A DNA stretch of 64,000 bases from Perna viridis (lineage: Eukaryota): the NCBI GenBank assembly GCA_037379345.1, contig CM074513.1:34654885-34718884 (forward strand). Reading direction: 5' to 3'. Below are positions 23,917 through 36,209 of the stretch, piece after piece (the first letter of the stretch is position 1; each line of letters starts with the position of its first letter). The position numbers and the translations under genes are program-made. The notes under the pieces were generated by a model. The model was not told the origin of the DNA. It searched no databases and was given only the letters and a program-made list of their open reading frames with translations.

Positions 23917-25957
23917 GACACTGTAGTATCATAGAATTCAGGTTAAGTTCAAAAATCCAAACTGTAGTTTTCTAGTTTGGTCGTCTCCCTTTTTTCACTA
24001 TTACATGGCGGGGTATCATTAAATGTTCCGTTAATCCCCAATTTTTATTGCTGAATTTCAATTTGAAATATTTGAATTTATTGTTTCTCATTATCGTTAT
24101 AAAAAATGAGTTTGATGGCTGTTTATTTTCATTACTTTGAATATAACTGGGTGAATCAGATTTAAATTTTAGAGCTGAACATAATTTTATACTTTTCATA
24201 AATCTAGTATATGTAAAAATAAATATATAGAAAAAAACAATTTATTCAGTTTTACCAATGAAGTAAATCTCCATATTTTACATGAAATTAACATTTTTTT
24301 TTTTTCATTGCTCTTTGATTTTATCTTCAGTGGTGAAGATGTTATTGCCATAAATAATGATTTCAATTAAAAATTAGATCTTTGTTTTGAACATTATTGA
24401 GACAATGAGAAAACAGGACGGTCAATTGGTAGTCATCGGGCTAGTGGCTAAAGGCAAGCACTGTTACATCATTGTGTTCTTCATCACTTTTGAGAATATT
24501 TTTGTAATTAATTCATTCTGTGATTACTTCTGTATTATTATCTGGCAAGACTAAGAAGTAAACAATCTATTATCTCTCCATTTTTCTCCAGATTCTTGAA
24601 AATTTGATATTTTCTGCTTCATGATAGTGATTCACAGTTTTGTCAATTGAACTTACCGGTATGTATATCATTTTTAGTATTAGAAAAATAATTTGGCTGT
24701 CTACTAACATTGATGTGTTAATTAGTGACAACTAATGAAAAGTTATGAGAATTCTTGTGTTATGAGGAAAGGTCTAATGATTTTGTTATGAAAAAACTGA
24801 ATTTTAACTTTAATACAAAACTCACTTTAAGTTAACAAATAGCCGTGTAGACTTTCTCTTATACAAATAATAAAAATTGAGGTAATTTTTGTGGTGAGCA
24901 GAACAAATCTTTTTTTTTGCACTGGAATCATGACGAAGCAGTACCAATACACATACCAACTATTTAAAATCATTTTATTTATTAAATGCAATGCAATACT
25001 TTTAATTGTCCCCTATCAGATATATTTCACTCAATGCCCTGCCTATACAAAAAGACAATCACAATAGAAAATATTTCATTTACAGTTTCTTTATGTCCCT
25101 CGTGTGAAAATCAATACATTGATAACTGCACAATGAAATGCAAGTTACATAGTTTTTGATTTGAGCATTGTGTTTTTGGACCCCCTATAAACAATCCAAC
25201 TCGGCAGGAGATATACTATACCAGCTCTATGTCTCTACCCCGACACCTCCTGAGTCGATATATTGGGTTTACACACCTGTCAAAACTTTCACCTAAAGAC
25301 AAAAAAAACCTATTCAGGGGTGGATAACTCTATTTTGATCAGTTACATTAATTGCTGTTTTGTTAGTATTGGGTAAATAGACAAATTGACTAGTAGAACA
25401 CTGATTAGAGAGTATCTGTATACAGAGAGGCTCTTTTGGATAGATATATTGTTGTAGGCCTTTAATTATTGCACAATATAATGACTTGCATATCTAACAT
25501 TACCTTTGTATAAGCTGTATTAGGTACATGTAGTGATAACTTTACAATAAATTGCTTGTTTTATACTACCTAATTTTTTCACCACAAATATTTGACAGGA
25601 ATAGTGCTATGTAATCCTTGTTTATTCAGTGATAACCATTATTTGGAGCTTTTTTTTGGACGTTTGATGCTAAGTTCATGCTGATTGTTTTTTTTTCTCA
25701 TTTTTTTGTGCATAAGTTGTAAATCTAATACAACTGCAAAATTTTTTTTTTTTATTTATTTATTATGGTGAAGAATCATATGATTGAATACCCAAGACAT
25801 AATATATAATATTTTTATCATTCCTTTCATAGGGTTATTTTCTGTAATAACACACTGGAAAATAAAATTCTTGATATAAAATGAACAGAGTAATACATGA
25901 ATTTATGGTTGTTGTCCAAATTTTATTCTTTACTCTTCACTTTTGTTTTATTTACAG

Positions 25958-26039
25958 CAACAGATTTGTACAGTGAAAAATGTTGCTGGCCACAATCCCA
26001 GGTCAAGATTTTACTGTTGTGATTCTTCAAGTGTATCAG
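25958..26039 (+). other. Candidate upstream exon of the Ig/Cys-rich gene (5' UTR, or coding from ATG at 25980)
   Basis: Long pyrimidine tract then tacAG; donor CAG|GTATGT. ATG25980 gives 20 codons that continue in frame into the 56446 exon. Confidence 0.5.
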
Positions 26040-29000
26040 GTATGTCAGTTATCTCCCCATTTAAAAGAGGAATGAATAGTCTTAATATATATATTCATTT
26101 AAATAATTCAAGTGCTTAATTACTTTTGAAGGTACTGTTTGTCTGATTTTTTAAAGAATTATGTTGACTTCTTTGAAAGCTAGTTTCTTCCTGAAATTTT
26201 AGCTTGAAATCATGACTACTGTTATACTAAACATGAAAACCCTACTCATATCTACCCTCATACCTGGCACCATATAAGTAGATAGCAATCAGGACAGGTG
26301 TAACATGACCTTGTCAATTTGTCATGCCGTAATTGTCAATTTAATTTTTACTTTAAATTTTTTAATTCAATTAAGTGTTAATTGCATTTATACCCAATTT
26401 TGAGTGAATTGTCATATGGTAATTTCTACATACCCACTTAGTCTTACCATGACAAGTTAATAATGTTAGGGCTGCCAAGCATGGAAGGTCTGGTTACATG
26501 TGGGGGTAATATCATCTTGTTAATAAGTATTACAACTTGAAGAAAACATTCAGTTGGAGCTGGTGAAGCACTGTCTTTATTCTGTGGTAGCCAAATGGGT
26601 TACATCAACTTCCCAGAAAATGATGCAATAAAACTTGAATGAACTTCAGTTTACCAAGTCCTAAGGACCAAGTTTTATATTATACCTATGGATAGCACTG
26701 TAATTGATACCAATTTACTTTGAAATCTATGAATAGTCCTACAGATAGTACTGTTATTACCCGGACAAATTTGTTGGCTTTGAACTAGGTTAGCATTACT
26801 GTAGTTTTTTTCTAGACAAAACAGTTATAATACAAAAATCATTTTGAGGGTTGATAAATTCCAATATCAACCCAGTTCACAGTCAGTTTAAGTGTTTTCC
26901 TATATGCTTATGCCACAGAAAAAAATATTCATCAAACAGAATAATTTCAACATTTTTATTGATATACTAAATTTTACTTGATAACCTGTGTAACATAAGG
27001 TGGTCAATTTGATTAGCCAACAAGTGTAATTACTTGCCTATTCTATATTTAAGAATTGACTGTTTCATTTTTTATGTTTCATCAGCCTGTATAACTGTTG
27101 ACCATAGCACATTTTATATGCAGCTCTCTAGCACTTCATGTCCAAAAATTATTACTGACCGGTTAACGCTTTTACACAACGATGAAACATCAAAAGTGAA
27201 TTATCAAATTCTTACATTTCACATTTTTATCATATCGTATTTCTGTTTTATTTTTAAATGTACATAGAAAATGGGCAATACACAGTGATCAATTAAAGTA
27301 GTCCACTTGTTTGGGAGGGTAGCCTATATAATGTTTCATTGACTTATGAAACATCATATAAAAGGGTGTTCCGTATTGAAGTTCTACTGATGTATAAAAG
27401 TACCTTCCTGCTGTCCCTCATGTGTTTTACTGGAACAGTCCTAAAACTTTTTTTCCATTGAGGTAAGTGTATTTTAATGATATTAATGCTCAGTAAATGT
27501 AATTATTAAATAGGTTTCCCTAATTTGATAAATGTGAATGAAAAAAAAAACAAGCATGGCCACCATCTATACCAGTATCTATATCATTGTCACTTATAAA
27601 TCTGTAAAAGAGTGCTTTATCTCATGGTCATTTACTATCGTTAATTGGACAATGAAACCAATTCACTGAAAATTTGAGGTTATTATTCTTGCCGGCTGAT
27701 TAACTTACTGGCTTGCAATATGAATGATTTGCTGGTATCAAAACTATGACAATAGGATCATGATCAGCCAAACAGAAAGGTGCTAAATGGTCAGAGGTTG
27801 TCTTTTTAGACAAAATTAATTTAGTTAATCAAGCATAAGTAAGAAAGAATTAAAATTGTTTGATACAAGACAAGTTATGAAGATTTGCATCAAAGGATCC
27901 CTAGGCAGAGATTTCTGGACAAAGGTGTAGGTAGGGAGTTTGACATGTTTTTCTTCACTCACTGGTTATGATTGTCACAGTTTATGGTCTGTTATTGAAT
28001 GTTTGAACTCCATGAATTGATCTTGTTGGCTTTAGTCATGAAAGTTGTCGCCAAAGGTGTCTGACTATTGTTAAATGGGAGTGAAATCACTGCAGGACAT
28101 TTGTCAACTCTTGATTTTCATCTTTGATTTTTATAAAAACATTTAATTTTATGGGACAAGCAGGTTGATGTGGTTGGGGTATGTACTGATATTTTTGTTC
28201 ATAATAGGCAATGAAAATTAAAATAACTTTAATCAAGAGACAATCAAAGATTTTGTGGAAAGAGATAATGTATTATGATATTAAAGATGAAAGAGAAGTG
28301 AAGACATGACAATATGTATTAAATTATAAAATTTCAGCTTGTTTCTAAAGACAGTTTTAGTTATTAAGGATTGGTAGTTTAACACGTTGAAAGCAAATAT
28401 TTTGTAAATTGGAGTAAAAACTCAAAATACATTGTAGGTTGAAGTAGGTCAATTTAGAAACATGTTTTTTTTATACAATTTACTTCACATCAACTGTCTT
28501 AATGTAAGAATTATAAATAACAAAGAAAACTGGAAGCATATTTTTATTTATGGTGATATTATTTGAGCCTATTTGATATGCATAAGAAAGGATATGGTGA
28601 TATGATTTTGATACAGAGCTGCACTTTCATGGGTAAAATATTTTATCTCCTGTAATAAATATAAGGACAAAAGCCCATTGATAGTATCTATCTGTTAATC
28701 CATACAGTCTCAGTCCTGATGACAAAAATGTGAAATTTTATGGGTTGGAAAGATCAGCTTATGTCATATGCACATCAATCAATATACCCTGGGTAAATAT
28801 CTATGTCAGAATTCCTGGTGAGGCGATTCCTATTACTGTCTGGTGCATGCTGATCTAGATGTATAGGTATGACATCGGAGATGGTGAACAGTTTTCTAGA
28901 TATAAGGGGTGGTAGATAGTTCTGGGGGTACCTGTGGTGTGATGGGAACAGTTTATCAATTTCAAGGTTGTGATTAATGATGATAGGTGACAGGATTGAG

Positions 29001-30837
29001 AGGGATATTTGTTTTTTGAAATTTGATAACGATTGAACTTTACTTTTCTATATCATGTACAACATTTATTCTGTTTTAGTGAATTTCAATATATGAGGTG
29101 AGTTGTACAAAACAAAGAAAACTGCCATTAATATTTAAATGCACTAACCAAGCAGCAGAGCAGAAACCAGGCTTATTGCTACATTTACTCCAGGAATAAA
29201 ATCCACAATAGAATTGATTATAATAGCATGTATCCCAAGACATTAAATAAAACCAAAAATTGTATCATTTATCTTGTTCATTGAGAGGTTAACCACAGAA
29301 TGACAATCATTGATTAACTTTTACATAAGTTCTCACCTACCACATGGCACCTGAACACTTATCAGTCATCTGATTAGATTTACAATTAAAGTTTTTTAAT
29401 TTTTTCTTTCATCATCTCCAAATGCATTCTCCTGTGAAGATGATATCTTCCAAGTACAGAATATTATCAAACACTTGCTATATATTGATGTTCCTCAGGT
29501 ATCTTGTGTTTTGATGTTGACTGTCTGATATTTTTCTTGAGTTCTTCTACTGTACCTCAATATTCAGATAGTCCTGTATCAAATTATTGTATGCACAAAT
29601 TATTGTGACTTTGTCATTTTAGTGGAAAAATGTGATAAGATTTTATTGTAATTCTAAGAAAAATACAGCATCCTTAATGTTCAGAATTCCTTAATGTGAG
29701 TTCTTATTATTGCAATTTGAAATTGGGCACGTTTTTCACAGTACAAAAACGTAACAATAATGCCTAAATTTTCAAGAAAAATTTGACATGACATTGAGGG
29801 TGATGATTTCAGTCTGAGTATCTATTGGTTTCATGAGCTAGCAGATAGAGCTAGTTAATAGAGGTTAGAATCAATCAAATGATTGGTCATTTTCTTGACA
29901 GTGTATGAAATGTATTGACAAATCAATCTTTCATTTCATCCTTTGTAAATACTTGTATTGACAAGATCTTACAAATATGATATCAGGGAGTTTTTTTTAT
30001 AATCCTGATGTGAGACATACTGCCTCATGTTACAATGCTATTCAGATCCACCGACTATAGTAAGTTAAATTAATTTCCAGAGGTTAATCCCAAATATTGT
30101 AATTTCAACTTTTGCTGATAAAATGTAGATTCTGAGGACTTTCAACTAAGAAAAGAAATGAACATAATGCACATTAATAAATATATATCACTTGTTTCTA
30201 GATATTTAGTTATGTGTTTATCATAGCTTGTCTGTCTGTCTGTCTGTCTGATGTAAAATCCTTAAGTCTTATAAACCAATATTATTATACTCCAACTCTC
30301 ATTGAAGCATATATCACACATGTTTAAGCTTTTAGAATAAACAGTGTTGTGTATTGTTCTTTATACAGTATTTTGACTTTGTGAGTAGTTAATTATCTCT
30401 AAAATTACTTACTTTCTTCTAAAACATAATTACAGTCTCATTACAGTGAAACAAAAGCCAAAATATTTTATATGTATATGAGGTGAATGTATTAAGATTT
30501 GGCAAAGATTTGGTTTTCATTTGCAGTTGTAAGACTGAAGAGTGAAAGGATGTATAATTAACAGGTCATACTGGAGACAAAAGATGAATGTCTTCAACAG
30601 TTGAAGAAGAAAAAATCTTGGGTGTTAAATGCCTTCATACTTTGATTCTTTTGTGTCTACAGTTATTTATATATTTTCATTTCTGAAGGAGGGGATGTAC
30701 TGTTATAGCCTTGTCAGTCAGTCTGTCTGTCATTGTAGTAACAGTTTTCTCTGGACCTACTTGTCACACCCACATAAGATAATTTGGCACAAGCTATTTG
30801 AATACTTGCTTTATATTTTGACCATGTACTAGAGTTA

Positions 30838-31110
30838 AGAGTAATCAAGGGAACCAAGGATATAGCGGTAATCAAAAGAATGTAATCCAGGGACCAAACC
30901 AGACATGGAAAACAGACATACACAACAAAGAACATAAAGTAACTAAAGTCATACAAACAAAGTAAAAAAAGCAAATGAGCAACTCGGACTCCACTAAAAA
31001 CTGGGAGCATGGACCAGATGCACCGGTAGGATAAGCATCCTCTGCTTTTCTAGAAACATCCGCCGAGTTGCTCTTAAAAAGTCAAGTCTGGGGTAGACAG
31101 AGGAGGCAGA
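30838..31110 (-). mobile_element. Interspersed retroposon/SINE-like repeat, copy 2 (longest)
   Basis: Same family as 3059-3234 and 41404-41602. It appears inserted in a HINE-like element that starts near 30680. The far boundary is approximate. Confidence 0.7.
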
Positions 31111-32581
31111 TGTATCACTAGTATAGATGTTGGCCCGCAGATTTCTTGCTTTTCCTGTTTTATATTTTTTAGTATGTACTATTATAGTAATCTTTGGAAT
31201 TTACACTATTTTACAGAGAATTGGTCTGATTTGTCATATTTTATTTTTAAATCTTAGTATCAAGGTAGATTAAATATTTGTATAAAAAAATGAGATATCA
31301 GAGTTTCGAATTGTAAGATAACCTCCCTCTAAAAAGTTCTCTGGTCAAGGTCACCTTCAGTTTATGCTATCAACTTAAAAAAAAGCATTAAAAAATCTAG
31401 GACTAAGATATAAAAATAGATCCTGTAGAGGGAAATAACAAATTAAATGGAAATGAAATTTACCACAGATGATACAAAGAGGCTTCAATTAAATTTCCCA
31501 ATGAGTTTTAAATTGTTTATGTCTCCCAAGAATGCATCAATACAGTCAGCTTATTATAAGGTAGTAAAGTTGTTTCTGTTATTTGTCTCAGGTCTGTAAT
31601 GTCATATTTATTGGCTTGGTCAATTGACCAGTTCAAATGATTCTTCTATCAAATCCACATAAAACAAGACATCAAACTCCAAACCAATTTTCATGTTTAC
31701 TTGAATGGCCATTACCAATAGGTTTCAAAGAGAAGAATAAATTGTGTCTAGTTGTTTGTACAAGTCTCATATTCAGTGGACTGGAATATTTTCCTGGGAA
31801 CTTAATTTAGACAATTATCCAAAATTGATGGAAAGTTCATTCCATTATTCTGCTCTGGTAAGTTACTATCTTAGTTTCATTGCGATGCTACATATAAATA
31901 TCTAATGAAGAACCCATGTTCATGACAAGGCAGGCCACACCTTTATTTCTGTTTAAATTTCCTGGCACATTTTTTGAGCGTGTTTTATTCTCTGTCTGTC
32001 TGTCAGTCTGTCTGTCTCTCTGTCTATTGTACCATGCATCCTTTAGTTGGTTATGTCTCTGGTTAAGATAAATGTTGAAGCTTTAACCCATAAATGAAAT
32101 ATCATAACAATTTGTACGCCATATGAAATTTTAAAAAAATGTAGGGTTGTGTTATTACATATTTGGTTGTGAAGGATTATAGGTCTGGTAAAACTATATT
32201 ATTGGAAGTAAAGTTTGTACGTGTCATATTCATCAATTTTTGTATTACTCGGTAGATATATCTGAAACAAAATACACATTATGTTAGAAGTCTAAAACTG
32301 TGCTAATATAGTTCAATAAAAAATAGCTTTAGTTATTATTTTAGGTCATAATGCCCATTTTTTGTAACTTAAAAACTTTTCATTGGTTTCTGTTATAAAT
32401 GTTATTTTGCCATTTATCCAGTTGAAATAGATGTATTTACACTTGTGGATGCCATGGGCGAAAATAAAATATATTCCGGTTGTTTTTGTACTGAATTCTC
32501 CTTCAACTCTAAGATCAATGACGTCACAATTAAAAATCACATTGTTTCATTGATGTCAAAAGGTTATTTGGAGACAAATCA

Positions 32582-32920
32582 CACTTTCTCACAAGTCCGA
32601 AGCTCACCTTTCTCACAAGTCCGAAGCTCACCTTTTTCACAAGTCCGAAGCGCACCTTTCTCACAAGTCTGAAGCTCACCTTTCTCACAAGTCTGAAGCT
32701 CACCTTTCTCACAAGTTCGAGCTCACCTTTCTCACAAACCAAAGCTCACCTTTTTCACAAGTCCAAAGCGCACCTTTCTCACAAGTCTGAAGCTCACCTT
32801 TCTCACAAGTCTGAAGCTCACCTTTCTCACAAGTCCGAAGCTCACCTTTCTCACAAGTCAGAAGCTCACCTTTCTCACCAGTCTGAAGCTCACCTTTCTC
32901 ACAAGTCTAAAGCTCACCAT
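32582..32920. repeat. 24-bp minisatellite, ~14 copies (cacctttctcacaagtcYgaagct)
   Basis: Direct tandem repetition. Confidence 0.95.
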
Positions 32921-34678
32921 TTTGAATCAAATGATCGTTATATCTTAAAGTGAAACAGAGTTGAAAAGCTTTTCTTGTAACATACAACTGAATTGTCAGT
33001 TTGCTTTCCTTTGAGTAAATTCAAGTGATATATATGATTTTCTCTGTTTTAAGTAACTTTTCATTAATGTAGCATATTCTAAAACATGGACTGGCCTTAA
33101 TATTAGCTTGGTCCAAACATTTTTTGCCATGAATTGGTTTCTGCCATTTTTAATGAAACCCCTTTTCACTCATTTCTTGAACAAAGTTAAGTGATTGTTT
33201 CTCAATATGACTATAATTTGTCAACATTATTACATTTTATTAGGGAAACAAAATATCATTAGAATTTAAAGTGTCAAAATATATTAGTCATACAATGCCA
33301 TTTGTGTATGGTGCTGAAAAAGCACAAACTGTAGAAGTGTTAAAACCAGTCAGTTCTCATGCAAATCACTGGTTTGTATTATTGCAAAAATATGGGTCAT
33401 AAAATTGTTATTTTGACTTGTCTGAACTTAGTGTCACCTGTAGAACCAATTTAAGCAACATCATGTTCTATATTATCAGTAAGTATCACTGTGTTTAGTG
33501 GGCACTGCAGTCAGTTAACTTAACTTACAAAAAGTAGTAACAACAGACTTACAAAAAATAGAAAAATGTTCAGGCCAAGCCAGTCTACCAAAACATCCAG
33601 GCCAGACAAATTGCTATGGCAAAATTAACTAGGACATACTAGCCTGATGAATCAAGATCATAGTTCAGAGAATGCCTGTTCACATGATTACTGAGAAAAA
33701 AATAATAAAATGAAAACATTTAAAATACATTTGTATTGAGGAGTGCATGTCTTAAATGATAGTATGTTTAACTATATTTTTTTCTTCCATTGAAAAGTTG
33801 AATTTAGTGAAGTATCTTCTGAAGTTTTAAGTACTTCAAAATTGGTTCATGCAGATTTGAAGATTGTTATTATTAGTTATTTCCCTTGAAACCAATTTAT
33901 TTTAGAAATACTTTCAACTAAATCGTTATATTTTAAGTGTTATGAGACTTAGGCATACAGAATAACCATTTACCCTTATTTCATATTTCTAAAGATATTG
34001 AGCTGTGTGCTGTTATGAATTATACAACAAGAGGAAGTCTGAATTTAAAAAAAATAATTTTCTGACATTGGACTTCAAAATCATAAAAAATTAATGAGCT
34101 TTATTTTTTGTTTTTGTTTTCTTTTTCTAAACATGTTCAGCATATTCTTATTCTATAAATGTTTCTTGATGTGTTAACAGATATAATTTATATTTGGCTA
34201 AGATTAAGACCATTTATTTATGATCACAGTGTGTCAGATACTAGTACCCTTTCAAGTACTAAAGCGTGGTCCAACGAGCAGACTTGTGAAGTTTGTAATA
34301 TTGCCTACTGTTCAGGGTTGTCTATTTGTGTTTTTACATATCTACTTCTATGTTTTGACTGGTGATAAAGAAAATGCAGTATTTATTAAAGAGTTAGGAA
34401 TTTGATCATTTTCCATTTTGGAACTCAGGTTTTGGAATGATGTGAATAACTTTTCTTTGTATGTACCTGTTTTCAAATTAGTTCATTCAGTATTAAAACA
34501 GTATTAAGGATTGGATAAAGGACTCATGATAAATCAAGCATAAATATAGCACTTAAATATGTATAGTATATGAATAGTATATTGTAATCCTCCTTGTATT
34601 GTGGTGACATTTCCAGTTGGAGGTGATACTAAATCTGACAAAGTAATCATTTAATCATTACATCATTACCATAAGTAG

Positions 34679-35728
34679 TATACTATAGCCTCTACTTAGA
34701 TAGATGCTACATTGATGGTCCCTGGGTCTATACTATGGCCTGTACATGATAGATGCTAAACTGATGGTCCCTGGGACTATACTATAGCCTGTACCTAGAT
34801 AGATACTAAACTGATGGTCTCTGGGTCTATACTATAGCTTGTACCTAGATAGATGCTAAACTGATGGTCCCTGGGTCTATACTATAGCCTGTACCTTGAT
34901 AGATGCTAAATTGATGGTCCCTGGGACTATACTATGGCCTGTACCTAGATAGATGCTAAACTGATGGTCTCTGGGTCTATATTATTGCTTGTACCTAGAT
35001 AGATGCTAAACTGATGGTCCCTGGGACTATACTATAGCCTGTACCTTGATAGATGCTAAATTGATGGAATCTGGGACTATACTATAGCCTGTACCTAGAT
35101 AGATGCTAAACTGATGGTCTCTGGGTCTATACTATAGCCTGTACCTTGATAGATGCTAAACTGATGGTCCCTGGGACTCTACTTTAGCCTGTACCTCCTT
35201 GATAGATGATAAACTGATGGTCCCTGGGACTATACTATAGCTTGTACCTAGATAGATGCTAAACTGATGGTCCCTGGGTCTATACTATTGCCTGTACCTA
35301 GATAGATGCTGAACTGATTGTCCCTGGGTCTATACTATAGCCTGTACCTCCTTGATAGATGATAAACTGATGGTCCCTGGGACTATACTATAGCCTGTAC
35401 CTAGATAGATGCTAAACTGATTGCCCCTGGGTCTATACTATAGCCTGTACCTTGATAGATGCTAAACTGATGGTCCCTGGGACTATACTATGGCCTGTAC
35501 CTAGATAGATGCTAAACTGATGGTCCCTGGGTCTATACTATAGCCTGTACCTTGATAGCTGCTAAACTGATGGTCCCTGGGACTATACTATAGCCTGTGC
35601 CTAGATAGATGCTAAACTGATAGTCCCTGGGTCTGTACTATAGCCTGTGCCTAGATAAATGCTGATGGTCTCTGGGTCTATACTATAGCCTGTACCTAGA
35701 TAGGTGCTAAACTGATTGTCCCTTGGTC
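34679..35728. repeat. 50-bp minisatellite, 21 copies (tatactatagcctgtacctWgatagatgctaaactgatggtccctgggWc)
   Basis: Direct tandem repetition with 45, 49 and 53-bp variants. Confidence 0.97.
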
Positions 35729-36148
35729 AACATAATTTTTTTTCTTGTTGATATATTTATTGTGATACAGTTTTAGTACTGAGATGGCATGTTTGATTCA
35801 TGATTCCACTTGAGTAAGATGATGAAATTTAGGTGGAAATGGATAAAGGTTTGCCAGTTATGTGTTCACAATATGTAGATTTGTAGGTTCTTGCTCCAGC
35901 CCTCAAATTCACAGGTTAGAAACTTTAATATAGAACTAGTGAAATATTTTTTTGCATTGAGTACTTGTATTATCGAGCAAAAGGAGAACACTATTATATC
36001 TTCCCTCCTTCAGTTCACCTTCCACATAAAATACTGTGAACTTATTTATTTTTGGCGGTTGCTAATTTTCTCAATTCTGTCGGGTGAACATGTTCCCTGG
36101 TATCAATTCTGTCAGGGTGAACATATTCCCTGGTATCAATTTTCAAGA

Positions 36149-36209
36149 TCGCCTGAATATAGCTGAAATATTGCTGCTCGGGCGTTAAACCCCAACAATC
36201 AATCAATCA
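36149..36209 (+). mobile_element. 5'-truncated SINE/LINE 3' tail with (CAAT)n and a 14-bp target-site duplication
   Basis: atatagctgaaatattgctg...ggcgttaaac followed by (aatc)n resembles mollusc SINE tails. It is flanked by atcaattttcaaga at 36135-36148 and 36210-36223. Confidence 0.75.

Noticed and set aside
32445-32742. ORFs encoding SQVRSSPF or LVRKVSFG repeats
   Set aside because: By-product of a 24-bp minisatellite; TGA variants and indels break the frame.
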